A stretch of 56,971 bases of DNA from Octopus bimaculoides (Eukaryota), in the NCBI RefSeq assembly GCF_001194135.2, contig NC_068983.1:157173729-157230699 (forward strand), in the 5' to 3' direction. The notes below the pieces were generated by a model, which was not told the DNA's origin, searched no databases, and saw nothing but the letters and a program-made list of their open reading frames with translations. This document shows, piece by piece, positions 1 through 11,600 of the stretch (position 1 is its first letter; the number at the start of each line of letters is the position of its first letter). The position numbers were made by a program, and so were the translations under genes.

Positions 1-432
1 AAAAAAAATTTTTACAGGCGTGGGGGAAAAAAAATGAAGGCATGAGGAGAAAAACGAAAAAGGCGTTGTGAGAAGAAAATATAAGCGAGGTGGGAGAAAA
101 AAAACAAAGCAAAAAGGAAGATGGGACAATAGGGAGAAAATGGGGTGACAGGGAGAGAAGAAACGAGAGGAGAAAAGAAATGGAGGGAGAAGAATATAAA
201 GTAATAGGTGCAGATTAGAGAAAACAGATTAGGAACATCCAGAGTACGAAGAGACGGTAGGTGAAGGAAAGTAAAGGAAAAAATAAAGATGATAAGGGTA
301 ATAAAAGAGGTTTACAAAAGTGGAAAAGTTCAAAAGTTCGAAAGTTTTTTAGACGTCGTGGTATATTGAGGCGATTAAGTATGTACATATATGTGTGTGT
401 ATGTATGCCTATATATTTATATTTTATTTATA

Positions 433-463
<31 letters not shown>

Positions 464-1360
464 NNNNNNNNNNNNNNNNNNNNNNNNNNNNNNNNNNNNN
501 NNNNNNNNNNNNNNNNNNNNNNNNNNNNNNNNNNNNNNNNNNNNNNNNNNNNNNNNNNNNNNNNNNNNNNNNNNNNNNNNNNNNNNNNATATATATACAT
601 ACATACATACATACATACATCCATCCATACATACATACATACATACACATATATAACGTTATATATGTGTATGTGTACCCGACTTATCGTTCACCTTGTA
701 TCTTGAATATGCAATTTGTAGATCAACTAAAATTCTCATATACTCTTGTTCATTTTATCAAGAAGCTTCAGTTTAAACAGGTTTGACATATGTGTTTTAG
801 ATATTGTTCAAAAACATTTATATTATAATTAGGACAAAGTAATATTTTGAAATATAACCGTCGCTTTAATTGATGCAGACAGTTTATAACACATAATGAA
901 ATGTTGACATACTTTTCAGGTTGAACATGAATATTGAAGTGAAAAACTGGGCATAGAGTTGTATGGAGATGTAAACATTGTTGAACAGTGAGTAAAACGA
1001 AGTCAAGTGCGACATCCCAAAATAAAGAAATATATAACTATACTTTTTAAATGAGTTAATTTACCAGATCGTACAAATAAAAATTGGAAATAAGCAGTAT
1101 GTTAATCCCGGATGTGTTTTGATTTTATTCAACCTCTTCAGTGATGTACGATCATTAACATGTATGCTAGGTCAAGGTAGAGAAATATTAAAGGTCCCCG
1201 TTTTTAATTAAGACCACATTTTAGTATAATATGCTTTGACTTTTCCATGTTTTCCATTGAAGTTATAACCAGGTACCTAAATATAAGTACATAAAGACAT
1301 GTCGTTTGAAGGTTGAATACTATATTCGACCCTCTATCTCCCTCTCCGTTTCTTTCTCTT

Positions 1361-1421
<61 letters not shown>

Positions 1422-1991
1422 CTATCTCTCTCTCTCTCTCTCTCCACAGACACATACCTCCACGAAACAGGATGTTCATTTTTAAAGTTCCACATGCTAA
1501 ACAAAACTGAATGTAACATGCTACAGCAAGTGGAAAGGGATATGTTAATAGAATATGTATACGGTATATATATTCTGTACATATGCGTATGTATGTATAC
1601 ACACACACGTACGTACATACATACATACGTACATACATACATACATACATACATACATACATTTACTGGCACTCCGTCGGTTACGACAAGTGTCCCAGCT
1701 AATCCAAACAGCCAACTCATGAAAAACAGAACAGCCTACTCGTAAAATTAACGTGCAAGTGACTGAGCACTCCACAGACACGCGTACCCTTAACCAAGTT
1801 CTGAGAAACATTCAATTTGACACAGAATATGACAAGGCTGGCTCTTTGAAATACAGGTACAACTCATTTTTGCCGGCTGAGTGGAAGTAGAATTTCTTGG
1901 TCAAGGACACAATGCGCTGCCGAGTATCGAACTCACGACCTAACGATTGTGAGCCAGATACGCCTTCACCACATACATACATACATACATA

Positions 1992-2863
1992 CAGGGTATT
2001 CAGGCTAAATTTGACCATTCTTTATGTCTCCTTTTTGCAGCAGGAACAGCTTGATGTATAGGGGAATAGTCAACTGCGTTGGGGAGCATAAAGATCAAAG
2101 TTGTAGTCAGCTGACATGGACGACTGAAAACCATCTTGATATAGGAAAAGAGTTACCTGTATCAGGATGATTCGCGCCGAATGTCAAAATGCCGACTTCG
2201 TGATTACTTCTCAATACTCTGTGAACACTGTAAAGGCTGTAAGAAGTGACACGGACAACTGCAACGATGACTACGAAACAGTGGCCAGCACGGCGTTCTG
2301 ACTGCGTCCACACATTGGAATTCGTGCAACAACTGATGAACATGGCCTTATTCAGATGGCTATGTGAAGCTGCTGGAGACTGCAGTCAAATCCTACTAGA
2401 AAGGGCTGCTGCTGAAAGGCCATACGTGTAGCAGCAGGATTCCGTTTTTTTGCCATGCCTGCGGAAAGAGTCAGGAGTGGCTGCAGAAGAATTTCTATGA
2501 CTTTACCAGCCCAATTTCTGGCCTCCTAATTTCCCCGATTGTTATCCCATTGATTAATCTGTGTGGGACGTGTTTAAAGAGACACCAACCGCTCTGCCTA
2601 CAACACCAAGGCCGAACTGGTGGCCAAGATCAAGAAAGCGTTCGAAGATCTTCACAGGGACACAGTGAGAAATGCATACACCAGGTTCCGTAGCTGTCTT
2701 GAGATCATGATGGAAGCTGAGGGTGGCTACTTTGAGTAAACTGTTATCTCCCAGCTATAACCTAATTGATATTTTTTGATATTTTAAAATACTTTTGGTC
2801 TTGGATGGAATACTATTTTCTTTTCCTTTTATGCAAACCGTCAAATTCAGCCCGAACACCCTG
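1992..2863 (+). mobile_element. Internally deleted Tc1/mariner-type DNA transposon
   Basis: TIRs cagggtattcaggctaaatttgac / gtcaaattcagcccgaacaccctg with TA at both flanks. Frameshifted transposase C-terminus (WPPNxPD...DTVRNAYTRFRSCLEIMMEAEGGYFE*). Confidence 0.85.
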
Positions 2864-2879
2864 TATATACTATGTAATT

Positions 2880-2985
2880 ATGCATACATACATACATGCA
2901 TACATACACACACACATACATACATGCATACATACATACATACGTACGTACGTACGTACGTACGTACGTACGTACATACGTACCT
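2880..2985. repeat. (CATA)n grading into (CGTA)n microsatellite
   Basis: Direct reading; other microsatellites at 440-650, 1355-1445, 8470-8640 and 40492-40685. Confidence 0.95.
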
Positions 2986-3395
2986 ACCAGGGATCGCGCT
3001 AAAGAGTAAGCAGAAACATCTGTTAGAGGCATGGCTTCAGGCCAGCGGGTGAAACGATCAATACAAGTAAGGATGTAAGTATATCCTTGACTGATGGGCC
3101 AAGGTCCAACAAGATCAATGTGGATATAGTGGAAACGTGCGTCTGGTGTACTGGAGGTGTCGAGGGATACGCAAATGTGTCTATGCACCTTCGACCTTTG
3201 GCAGTGGAGACAAGATCGAGACTAGTCAGTGATGTCACGCCTCATGTTCGGCCAGAATCTAACCGTAATGAGCTTCACAGAGGCCGAGGCTCCAGGATGC
3301 GATAGATTATGTAGGACTTCAAACGCAGCTCGTCTAGAACGAGGAGACGAGGTGACTCTGTCGATACGTCACACAGAATCTGCTTATCAGAGGTT
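2985..3395 (-). mobile_element. Gypsy integrase fragment
   Basis: HIDLVGPWPISQGYTYILTCIDRFTRWPEAMP, with degenerate zinc-binding region upstream; truncated at the (CGTA)n repeat. Confidence 0.85.
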
Positions 3396-4098
3396 GGCCA
3401 CAGTCAAATGATTGAAACAAGTAAAAGAATGTTTTATGCCGAGACAACAGGGGTTGTCTCACTTACCACCCTGGGACTAAAAGTATGATTGAGCGATTCC
3501 ATTAGCTATTGAAATACACTCTCAAAGTATGTATTGATAATAGTAACAAGATAGAATAACTTCCTTTTGTTCGGTGTTCTATATCTGACACATTGTGTAC
3601 ATTGATTCCAAATGTCCAGTAAACCATGTTGCTCTTCATTCACAATTGTAGCCCATATACTGACCAATATTTAACAATGGTCACGTCTTCATCCATGACT
3701 ATGCGATTCAAAAGCCATTCAGCTGCCCTATTCCCTTCTATTTAAAGTGTTTCAAATAACTCCAAAGTACTTCGTTATTGATGTACACAGAAAATAAGAA
3801 AAGTAAATTGAGTGAAGCAAGCAAATAGGTTATTGAAACGATTAGATTGAAACATTTCGCCAGTTTCACCCTATCATTCCATTCATTTTCCTACACACCT
3901 AATTCTTCACGACGCTGTGAAAACATTGTACTCAATATTTCATCAATCCAATTCAAAACTACCACTTGTCCCTATTATCAGTGTTTGTTTCGTTAGCTTT
4001 GTTTTTTTTTTGGGGGGGGGGCTGTAGTTAAAACTAGGTCTGAAATATATAGAACCAAAAGCTTACAAATCGTTAGTTGAAAATTTTTAAAACAAAAT

Positions 4099-4522
4099 TG
4101 TAGTAACGCCTTTATAGCAGACGACATTTCCGGTAAGCTTATCCACGCATGCGCAAGGACTAGTTCCCGAAGGAACACGGGCAGTCTCATGCGCATGCGT
4201 GGTCATTGGACATCCAAGTTTTGCGCCCTTATTCATTCTCTTTCTCGGCCGGCTGACCATGAGCCTGGACGTCTTCAAGCTGTCTCTCTCCAACATTCCA
4301 ACTCTGGAGACAGCTCTTTCCAACATTCCAACTCTGGAGCTAGACAGATAACCACCAACATCACTGACGGCGTCTCAGCAACCAAAGGGCGAAGTGCTGC
4401 CTATTTCCTCTGTAAATAAATATTGTTGTGTTGATGGTTCAGAATCTGCGTTCCATTGTTTCTTCTAGAATTTAATGTACAGAAGCGGTGTACACCTAAT
4501 GGTGTATAACCACTTTCCTATA
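4099..4522 (+). mobile_element. Solo LTR, copy 1
   Basis: Starts TGTAGT, ends CCTATA, 4-bp TSD AAAT, internal AATAAA. Confidence 0.8.
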
Positions 4523-6229
4523 AAATCAAAACATATTGTGCATTCGCACATACCTCCAAGCTGTTATTTGCTAGTCTTGTTTGGACTGCTCATCTGGAGT
4601 AAATAACTATAACCTGCAGTACACACGTGCACACAATGGACCCACTGTCGAGGTCAGTTATTATCATAGGTCTTTATTTTGATGAACGTTTGTCATGTGA
4701 CCCTACCACTCGATTATCACACAACTTAACTTTGGTGCCTTTAAGAAAGCACTTGTTTGTAGATAACATTTTCAGAAGCACAGCATGTAATTATTTTCAA
4801 TCAGATTACTGAACATTATCACACTTGCTGCCAAATGTAAACGGATATTTGTTGAACACTGACCAGTATCGAAAATGAAATCAACAGGATTCCTCAACCT
4901 TTCAGAATTTCAAACTAATACACATTTTTGTTAAAATTCTTACAGATTAGAGCAGTGAGTTGGCAGATTCATTAGCATGCCAGGCAAAATGCTTTGCAGA
5001 ATTTCATCCAGCTTTATGTTCTGAGTTCAAATTCTGCTGAGGTCAGCTTTTGCCTTCTATCCTTTCAGGGTCGATAAAATAAGTACCAGTTGAGCAGTGG
5101 TGTCGACGTAATTGTTTTATCTTCTCCCACAAAATTGCTAGCATTGTACCAAAATTTCAGACCAATATTCCTAGATATATTTGGTCTCACAACTTTTGAA
5201 TTAACAAGATTTCATTCTTACATTCTATGAACTGTTTTTTTCTGGTGTAGTTTCAGCTCAGAGCTGTAGCCATGCTGATGCACCGCCGTTACAATATACG
5301 AAAGATTATATATGTAAAGATTATATACATTATATAGCCATCTTTGCTGGCTATACAATAAACATAATCTTTACATTCAAGAAATATATATATGTAGTAT
5401 TCAAATCACTATTTTTTAAAATTTACTGAAAAAGACTGAATATTTTATAGTGTGTACATAGTGTTACAATTACTTTTTTGTTATGAAATATATATTAACC
5501 TCCTAGTTAGTTATGCAGAAAATTCTAGTATTCTTAATTCTAAATTTGGAAAACATTCTCAATAATTTATTACAGAAGCAGTATTAACTGAAATCAGCAT
5601 TCTCTAGCCTTCTACAGTATATCCACGTTAAGGAAGATATACAGAATGCTATTCTCAACCAATACTGCTTCTGTAACAAATTCTACCCAGCCTACTAGCT
5701 ATATGCAACATCAGTGATTTTATTTTTTTTTTTTTTTTTTTTTTGTTAATCGCTATTTTTCTATATTAGTTGAGGCTAAATTTGTCTCAGCATGAGGTTG
5801 CTAGTGATTACTTGCTACTGTTGACACTCAAAGAAGCAGAAATCTAAATTTAGCAATTACACCACCACCACTAGGTACTTCTTTGCCTGCTACTGATATA
5901 CTTAGGTGCTCTTTAGCACTATATGCCAATACGAGATGCTTTCAACATTGTAACCATGTTAAGTAAGATATAGAGAATGCTAATTCTCATTAATGTTTTA
6001 TGAACATTTTCTTTTCTGTCATCTCCTTAATGGCATATATATTATGAGCTTTATTGATTAGACTAGTGAACAAATCATCACAGTTTCCAGTGTAACTGCT
6101 CATTTTTAACTTAGTAATTTCATTACACTAACACTGGATACCAACCAATTTTGAATTCTTCAAATATTAAGTGTTTAAGATGAAACTGATATTTGTTGCT
6201 GTGAAGTATATCAAAATGAATTATATTCA

Positions 6230-6665
6230 TCATCACCATCATCATCATCGTTTAATGTCTGCCTTCCATGCTAGCATGGGTTGGATGATTTGACTGAGGA
6301 CCAGCGAACCAGATGGCTACACCAGGCTCCAGTCTGATTTGGCAGAGTTTCTACAGCTGGATGCCCTTCCTAATGCCAACCACTCCAAGAGTGTAGTGGG
6401 TGCTTTTACGTGCCACCAGCACGAAGGCCAGTCAGGCAGTACTAGCAACGGCCACACTCAAAATGGTGTATCTTATGTGCCACCTGCACAGGAGCGACAC
6501 TGGCAACGACCTCGCTTGAATGTTTTTTCACGTGCCACCGGCACAAGTGCCAGTAAGGCGATGCTGGTACCAATCACGCTCAAATGGTGCTATTTACGTG
6601 CCACTGGCACGGAAGCCAGACAGCTGCTCTGGCAATGATCATGCTCGGACGGTGCTCTTAGCACT
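6230..6665 (-). mobile_element. RTE 3' UTR/tail fragment
   Basis: ggaagggcatccagctgtagaaactctgcc...taaacgatgatg tail family; further short copies at about 9185, 10610, 31545, 44740 and 45675. Confidence 0.8.
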
Positions 6666-7260
6666 GATTTTAGAAAAACCAATCTTGAACTAGTATTTTT
6701 AATTAATAAATTTAAGTATTCTTAACTAAAAGTACATATCAATAAAATTGTGACTAATTAACATACATTTTATTTCTTGAAGTGAATCTTTTTAAAAGAA
6801 ATCTTTTTGTCGCTTCATTGACGTCCTTTGCACAAAACTTCAACACTCATCTTCTCACAGCAAACTTATATAAATATGCAAACCTCTACAAATTTAGTTC
6901 AAATGGATGATCATTCACCTTGCCCAACTGATATAATTCATTAATTGAATGAAATGTGTTACGTATTGGGATGGAAAGCACTATAGAATAAGTTCTTGAC
7001 AAGGTGAGTTCATGTGTGTTGATACCTGGCTGAAGCTATTTCACTGCAAGGCATTGCTAATGTTTAGAGAAAGGAGAAAAACCTCACCAATTATCATTTG
7101 ACCCACTTCTTAATTATAAAGATTCTTTTCCTAGTTAAAGCAAACAATATATTTGATACATCTTCAATTTTTTATCACATATCATACAGGAAATTACATA
7201 AGTATAGATTATACAGTGTATAATGTAGACACTATATTTTGGTTTTGACAACAATAATAT

Positions 7261-7266
7261 TTTATT
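7261..7266 (-). terminator. Candidate Ku80 polyadenylation signal AATAAA
   Basis: tttatt on + strand, about 67 nt past the stop; another at 6769-6774. Confidence 0.5.
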
Positions 7267-7332
7267 TCAATGTAAGGAAAAGTAAATTTAATAGAATTCT
7301 ATATTCTTCAATATAAACTGTTTGACAGGCCA

Positions 7333-7347
7333 TCACATTTCATCCAA
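7333..7347 (-). CDS. XRCC5: Ku80 last coding exon (LDEM*)
   Basis: ttgtttaattgcag|TTG GAT GAA ATG TGA; equivalent to human LDMI*. Confidence 0.9.
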   Translation of the reverse strand: MDEM

Positions 7348-8484
7348 CTGCAATTAAACAAAACATGCATTATAAATAAATATTAGTCTTAAAATAATTG
7401 TTTTTTTACAAAAATTAATACACTTTTCTATTATTGGACTATAACATACACTAATATGTTATTATATTAAGGCAGCGAAATGGCAGAATCGTTAGCATGC
7501 CAGGCAAAATGCTTAGCAATATTTCGTCTGTCATTACATTCGAAGTTCAAATTCTGCTGAGATCAACTTTGCCTTTCATCCTTTCAGGATCAATAAATTA
7601 AGTACCAGTTGTATACTAGGGTCGATCTAATCTACTGGCCCCCTCCCCCAAAATTTTGGGCTTTGTGCCTAGAGTAGAAAACAATGTTATTATATTTGTC
7701 TTAAGAGGTCTAGTGAGAAATTTGATTCAGTTCCACTTCATAATAGACTATTTAGTTCTTAAAAACTATAAATTATCTACTCCAAACACATAAGCCCATA
7801 CAATAAATAATCTTTCTTAAAATGCAATTTCAGAGTTCTGTGTAGGCTTTACAACTCACCAAATCATCTGCAGAGCCCTCCATAGGCTGATCTGGTTTTG
7901 AAGACTCTTGGCTCTGGCTACCAGATTTGTCTTGTCCTGCATTCTCTTCAGATTTTTTAGTATCATGTGAATCATCTTTGCCCGAGAAAAGAATAATATC
8001 AAGAATCAGAATATTTCTTCCTATTAATGACAATCAATTTCCTATTCAAACAAAACTTTCTGACTGTAAGAAATTAAAAATGTGAAAAATCAACACACAT
8101 GAAACTCAATTGGTGAGGATCTGAGGCTTGGAAGTTGTCATACTATAACAACTGAACTAAGTGTTTAACTTGTCACCACTTACAATTTGTGAATATTACA
8201 AACTGTAATGTATACTTAGCGTTAATGCAACTTGAATTAATGTTGTATTGTTTAAGAGATTATGTTTTGTTATTGGAATATTATTGATAGTTCTCTTAAT
8301 ACTAAGAAGAAACATGACATAGAGAAAAGTTTAGAGGAAAAGAAATATTTGTTAACAATTAAAAAAAGTGTATGGAAGTGATTTATTAGATCAAACTGCT
8401 GATCTGCAAGACATATTGTTTATGACAGACACAAACAAATATCACTAATGCTAAAGCAGTGCTGTGAAAACACACACACACATA

Positions 8485-8569
<85 letters not shown>

Positions 8570-8584
8570 NNNNNNNNNNNNNNN

Positions 8585-8644
<60 letters not shown>

Positions 8645-11600
8645 GGGAGAATATACAAAAAATAACAACAGACGAGGACAGGTGGTGTAAATAACAAAAG
8701 TATATATTAGTATGACGCTCGGGAATACGGAAAGTCTTTGACGTTTCGAGCTACGCTCTTCAACAGAAAGAATACGGAGACAAGGAGAAAAACACGGAGA
8801 AAAAAAATTGAATAGTGTTCAGTCAACGGTCAATCATAATAATGTGTGTGTATGTATATATATATATATATATATACATACACACACACACACATTTAAA
8901 AAGGGCTTCCACATGGTTTTGACGACCAAATTTCAATTACAAAACATTCGTCATACCATGGTTATTCTCCTAAGATGCCAAACAATGGAATTGAACCCAA
9001 CACCAAATGGCTGCAAAGCCAACTTCTTCATCACACAACCATGTCTAATCTTATTCAAGAAAATTATACTTATACTTTTCCTAGAAGTACACATGTGTGT
9101 TAAATATTGTTAAATAAAAAAAAAAGAGATAATGGATATAATATTCAAAGAGAATCTTCAACTTGAAAAGACAGGCAAGTAAATATCATCATCATTATTT
9201 AACATCAATTGTCTATGCTCACATGGGCTGGACGGTTTGACCAGAGCTGGAACGCTGAGGAGCTGCGCCAGACTCCAGTCTGATTTGGCATAGTTTCTAT
9301 GGCTGGATAACCTTCCTAATGCCAACTACTTTACAGTGTGCTGGATGCTTTTACATGGCACCACATGGGTGTTTTTACAAGGCACTGCATGGGTGCTTTT
9401 ATGTGGCATTGCATGGGTGCTTTTACATGGCACTGTCACAAGTGCTTCCCACCACCAGAAGGACTGGTCTAAACACTTCTGCTTCAGAGTATGGGTCTTC
9501 TTGAGTACATGCAATTAATAACCAAATAAGAGAATGGACAATTGCTTTTTACATCAGATTTTTTTTTAAACTTATATGTTCTAGCTTAAATACTCTAAAG
9601 AAAATCATTTGTTTGCAACAAGCTTTCACATTAGCAACTATACGATAGCATTCTTAAACAATTTTGCATTTATTTCCAATGTTAGAATGTACTGGAATAA
9701 ATTTGCGTTAATTTTTGGCAAAGGTGTTTTCACAGTTAACCTCATTTCCTTATGTCAACCTGCCTGTGACATGTTCTAATTTCAAGATCATTTGTCCAGT
9801 TTTAATTAAGCAAGGATAATATACTTTTTTAAGATCAATAAAATGAAATACAAGACAACAGAAATTTTTTTTCACCTTTAAAATATTTTCCAGCAAGAAG
9901 AAGTTGTTTGAAATCTCCCTTTGGTGCATCATTGGGAGCCTGAAAGCATTGTTAAATAACAAACATTCAAAGAAATCTTAGTAGTATATATAGAGAAAAT
10001 AATTTGCTCAATATTGTTTCTAAAAAAATTTAGTAATATATGAAAATTTACAAATCCTTGAAAAATTAATTAGATTTAAACAATTTAGGTAATTACATTT
10101 GGATATGAAAAGTTGGTCTTAATCTCACTTAGGCCACGCAACATAGGTCATTCTATAACAATTTCAAAATCAGTAAAAATCAAGTTCATAAATTTCTCAG
10201 GTTGTGGCACTTTGTGAATATTTCTAACTAGGGAGTTTTATACCTGCTATGTGATATCAGAAAAGTTATCAATGGTTACATCAATGATAGGTAAAAAAAC
10301 AAAAATATTCTCTTTGCATTTTGGTAAGTAAATCCTGTTGTATGTTCATCTCTTCATACTGACTTTACAATCACTAAAAGGCCCAAACAATTTACAAAAG
10401 GGACTGGGACTTGCGGAGATTTGCTGTACTTGACAAGACAGGTCAAGCTAAGTAAAATCAGTCCATCCATACATAGAGGCATTCCTTTATGGCCACGACT
10501 CACTCCCTCTCCCAGGCGAGAGGTCTTTGTCTTGCAGGTGCTAGTGCCAAGTAAAATGCACTCATGCCGATGCCAAATAAGGTGCTATGTGAACACACCC
10601 ATACCAGTGGCACATAAAAAGCACACTCTGTAAAGTGGTTGGTGTTAGGAAGGGCATCCAATCATAGAAACTATGCCAAAACAGACAGTTGGAGCCTGGA
10701 CAGCTCTCTGACTGACCAGCTCTTGTCAAACCTTCCAACCCATATCATCATGAAAAACAGATGTTAAACGATGATGATGTGCTGGCAATAAAAAAATCAC
10801 AGTGCCTACAATCATTCTCCAACATCAACTGATCGTCACCAAGAAGAATCTTTGTGTGATATACAGTCTCTTTCATTATGGGCTTTTATATAAAGGTTGT
10901 CAGCCAAATATACTTGATTTTCAACTGGTGTCCTTGTAGTGAAAAAATAGGAATACTCCATCAGAAACAACGGTCATATTTACAGCTAACTTTACTTTCG
11001 AGTTCCATTCTTAATGCAGATGCACACACAAAGATCTTCGCCAAGATTTTCTTCTTTGTTCACAACTATTGCCAAAACCACCAAACTGGTCATTGTTGTC
11101 CAACTAGACAACTGCACTAGATGGTATTCCAGCCATCACTCTGAATAAATATGTTCTTGAGTTTTTCTCTTTTAACATTTTTATATTGCTGTCATATCCT
11201 GCTTACAATCATATCCAATGACATTTACTTCTATAACTGTCAACACACCACATTCAAATTCTGTACACAGGCTTTATGAGCCTCTAACTTCAAAACCTTC
11301 TACTCAGTCAGTATAACTTCCTTGTAAAGAAACATCTTGCATTGGAGATTTGACCATTTATTCACTTTCAAATATACTAAAATACAGGTCTATATATCTG
11401 AAGGGAACAAGTAAAAAAACCTCATTTCATCTATTTATGAATAATAAACATCCCAAACAGACTTAGCAATATCAGGTAAAATCTTAATGAAGAGTCTCCA
11501 TTTTTCCCATTTCCAAAGCTGTATTACAAAAGTTATATTTCTTCTTAAGTAAGCAACTGTTAACTCTTTCTAAAGCATAACATATTCTATATAAGAATTG

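Noticed and set aside
1-380. Strongly purine-skewed tract (also 44860-45110)
   Set aside because: It aligns to nothing else here and abuts repeats or gaps; likely low-complexity or low-quality sequence.
9594-9637. Possible mini-exon ANVKACCKQMIFFR (phase 1-0) as a Ku80 CTD relic
   Set aside because: Weak acceptor and donor, and no stop-free phase-0 exon downstream to join. It is kept only as an alternative to test.
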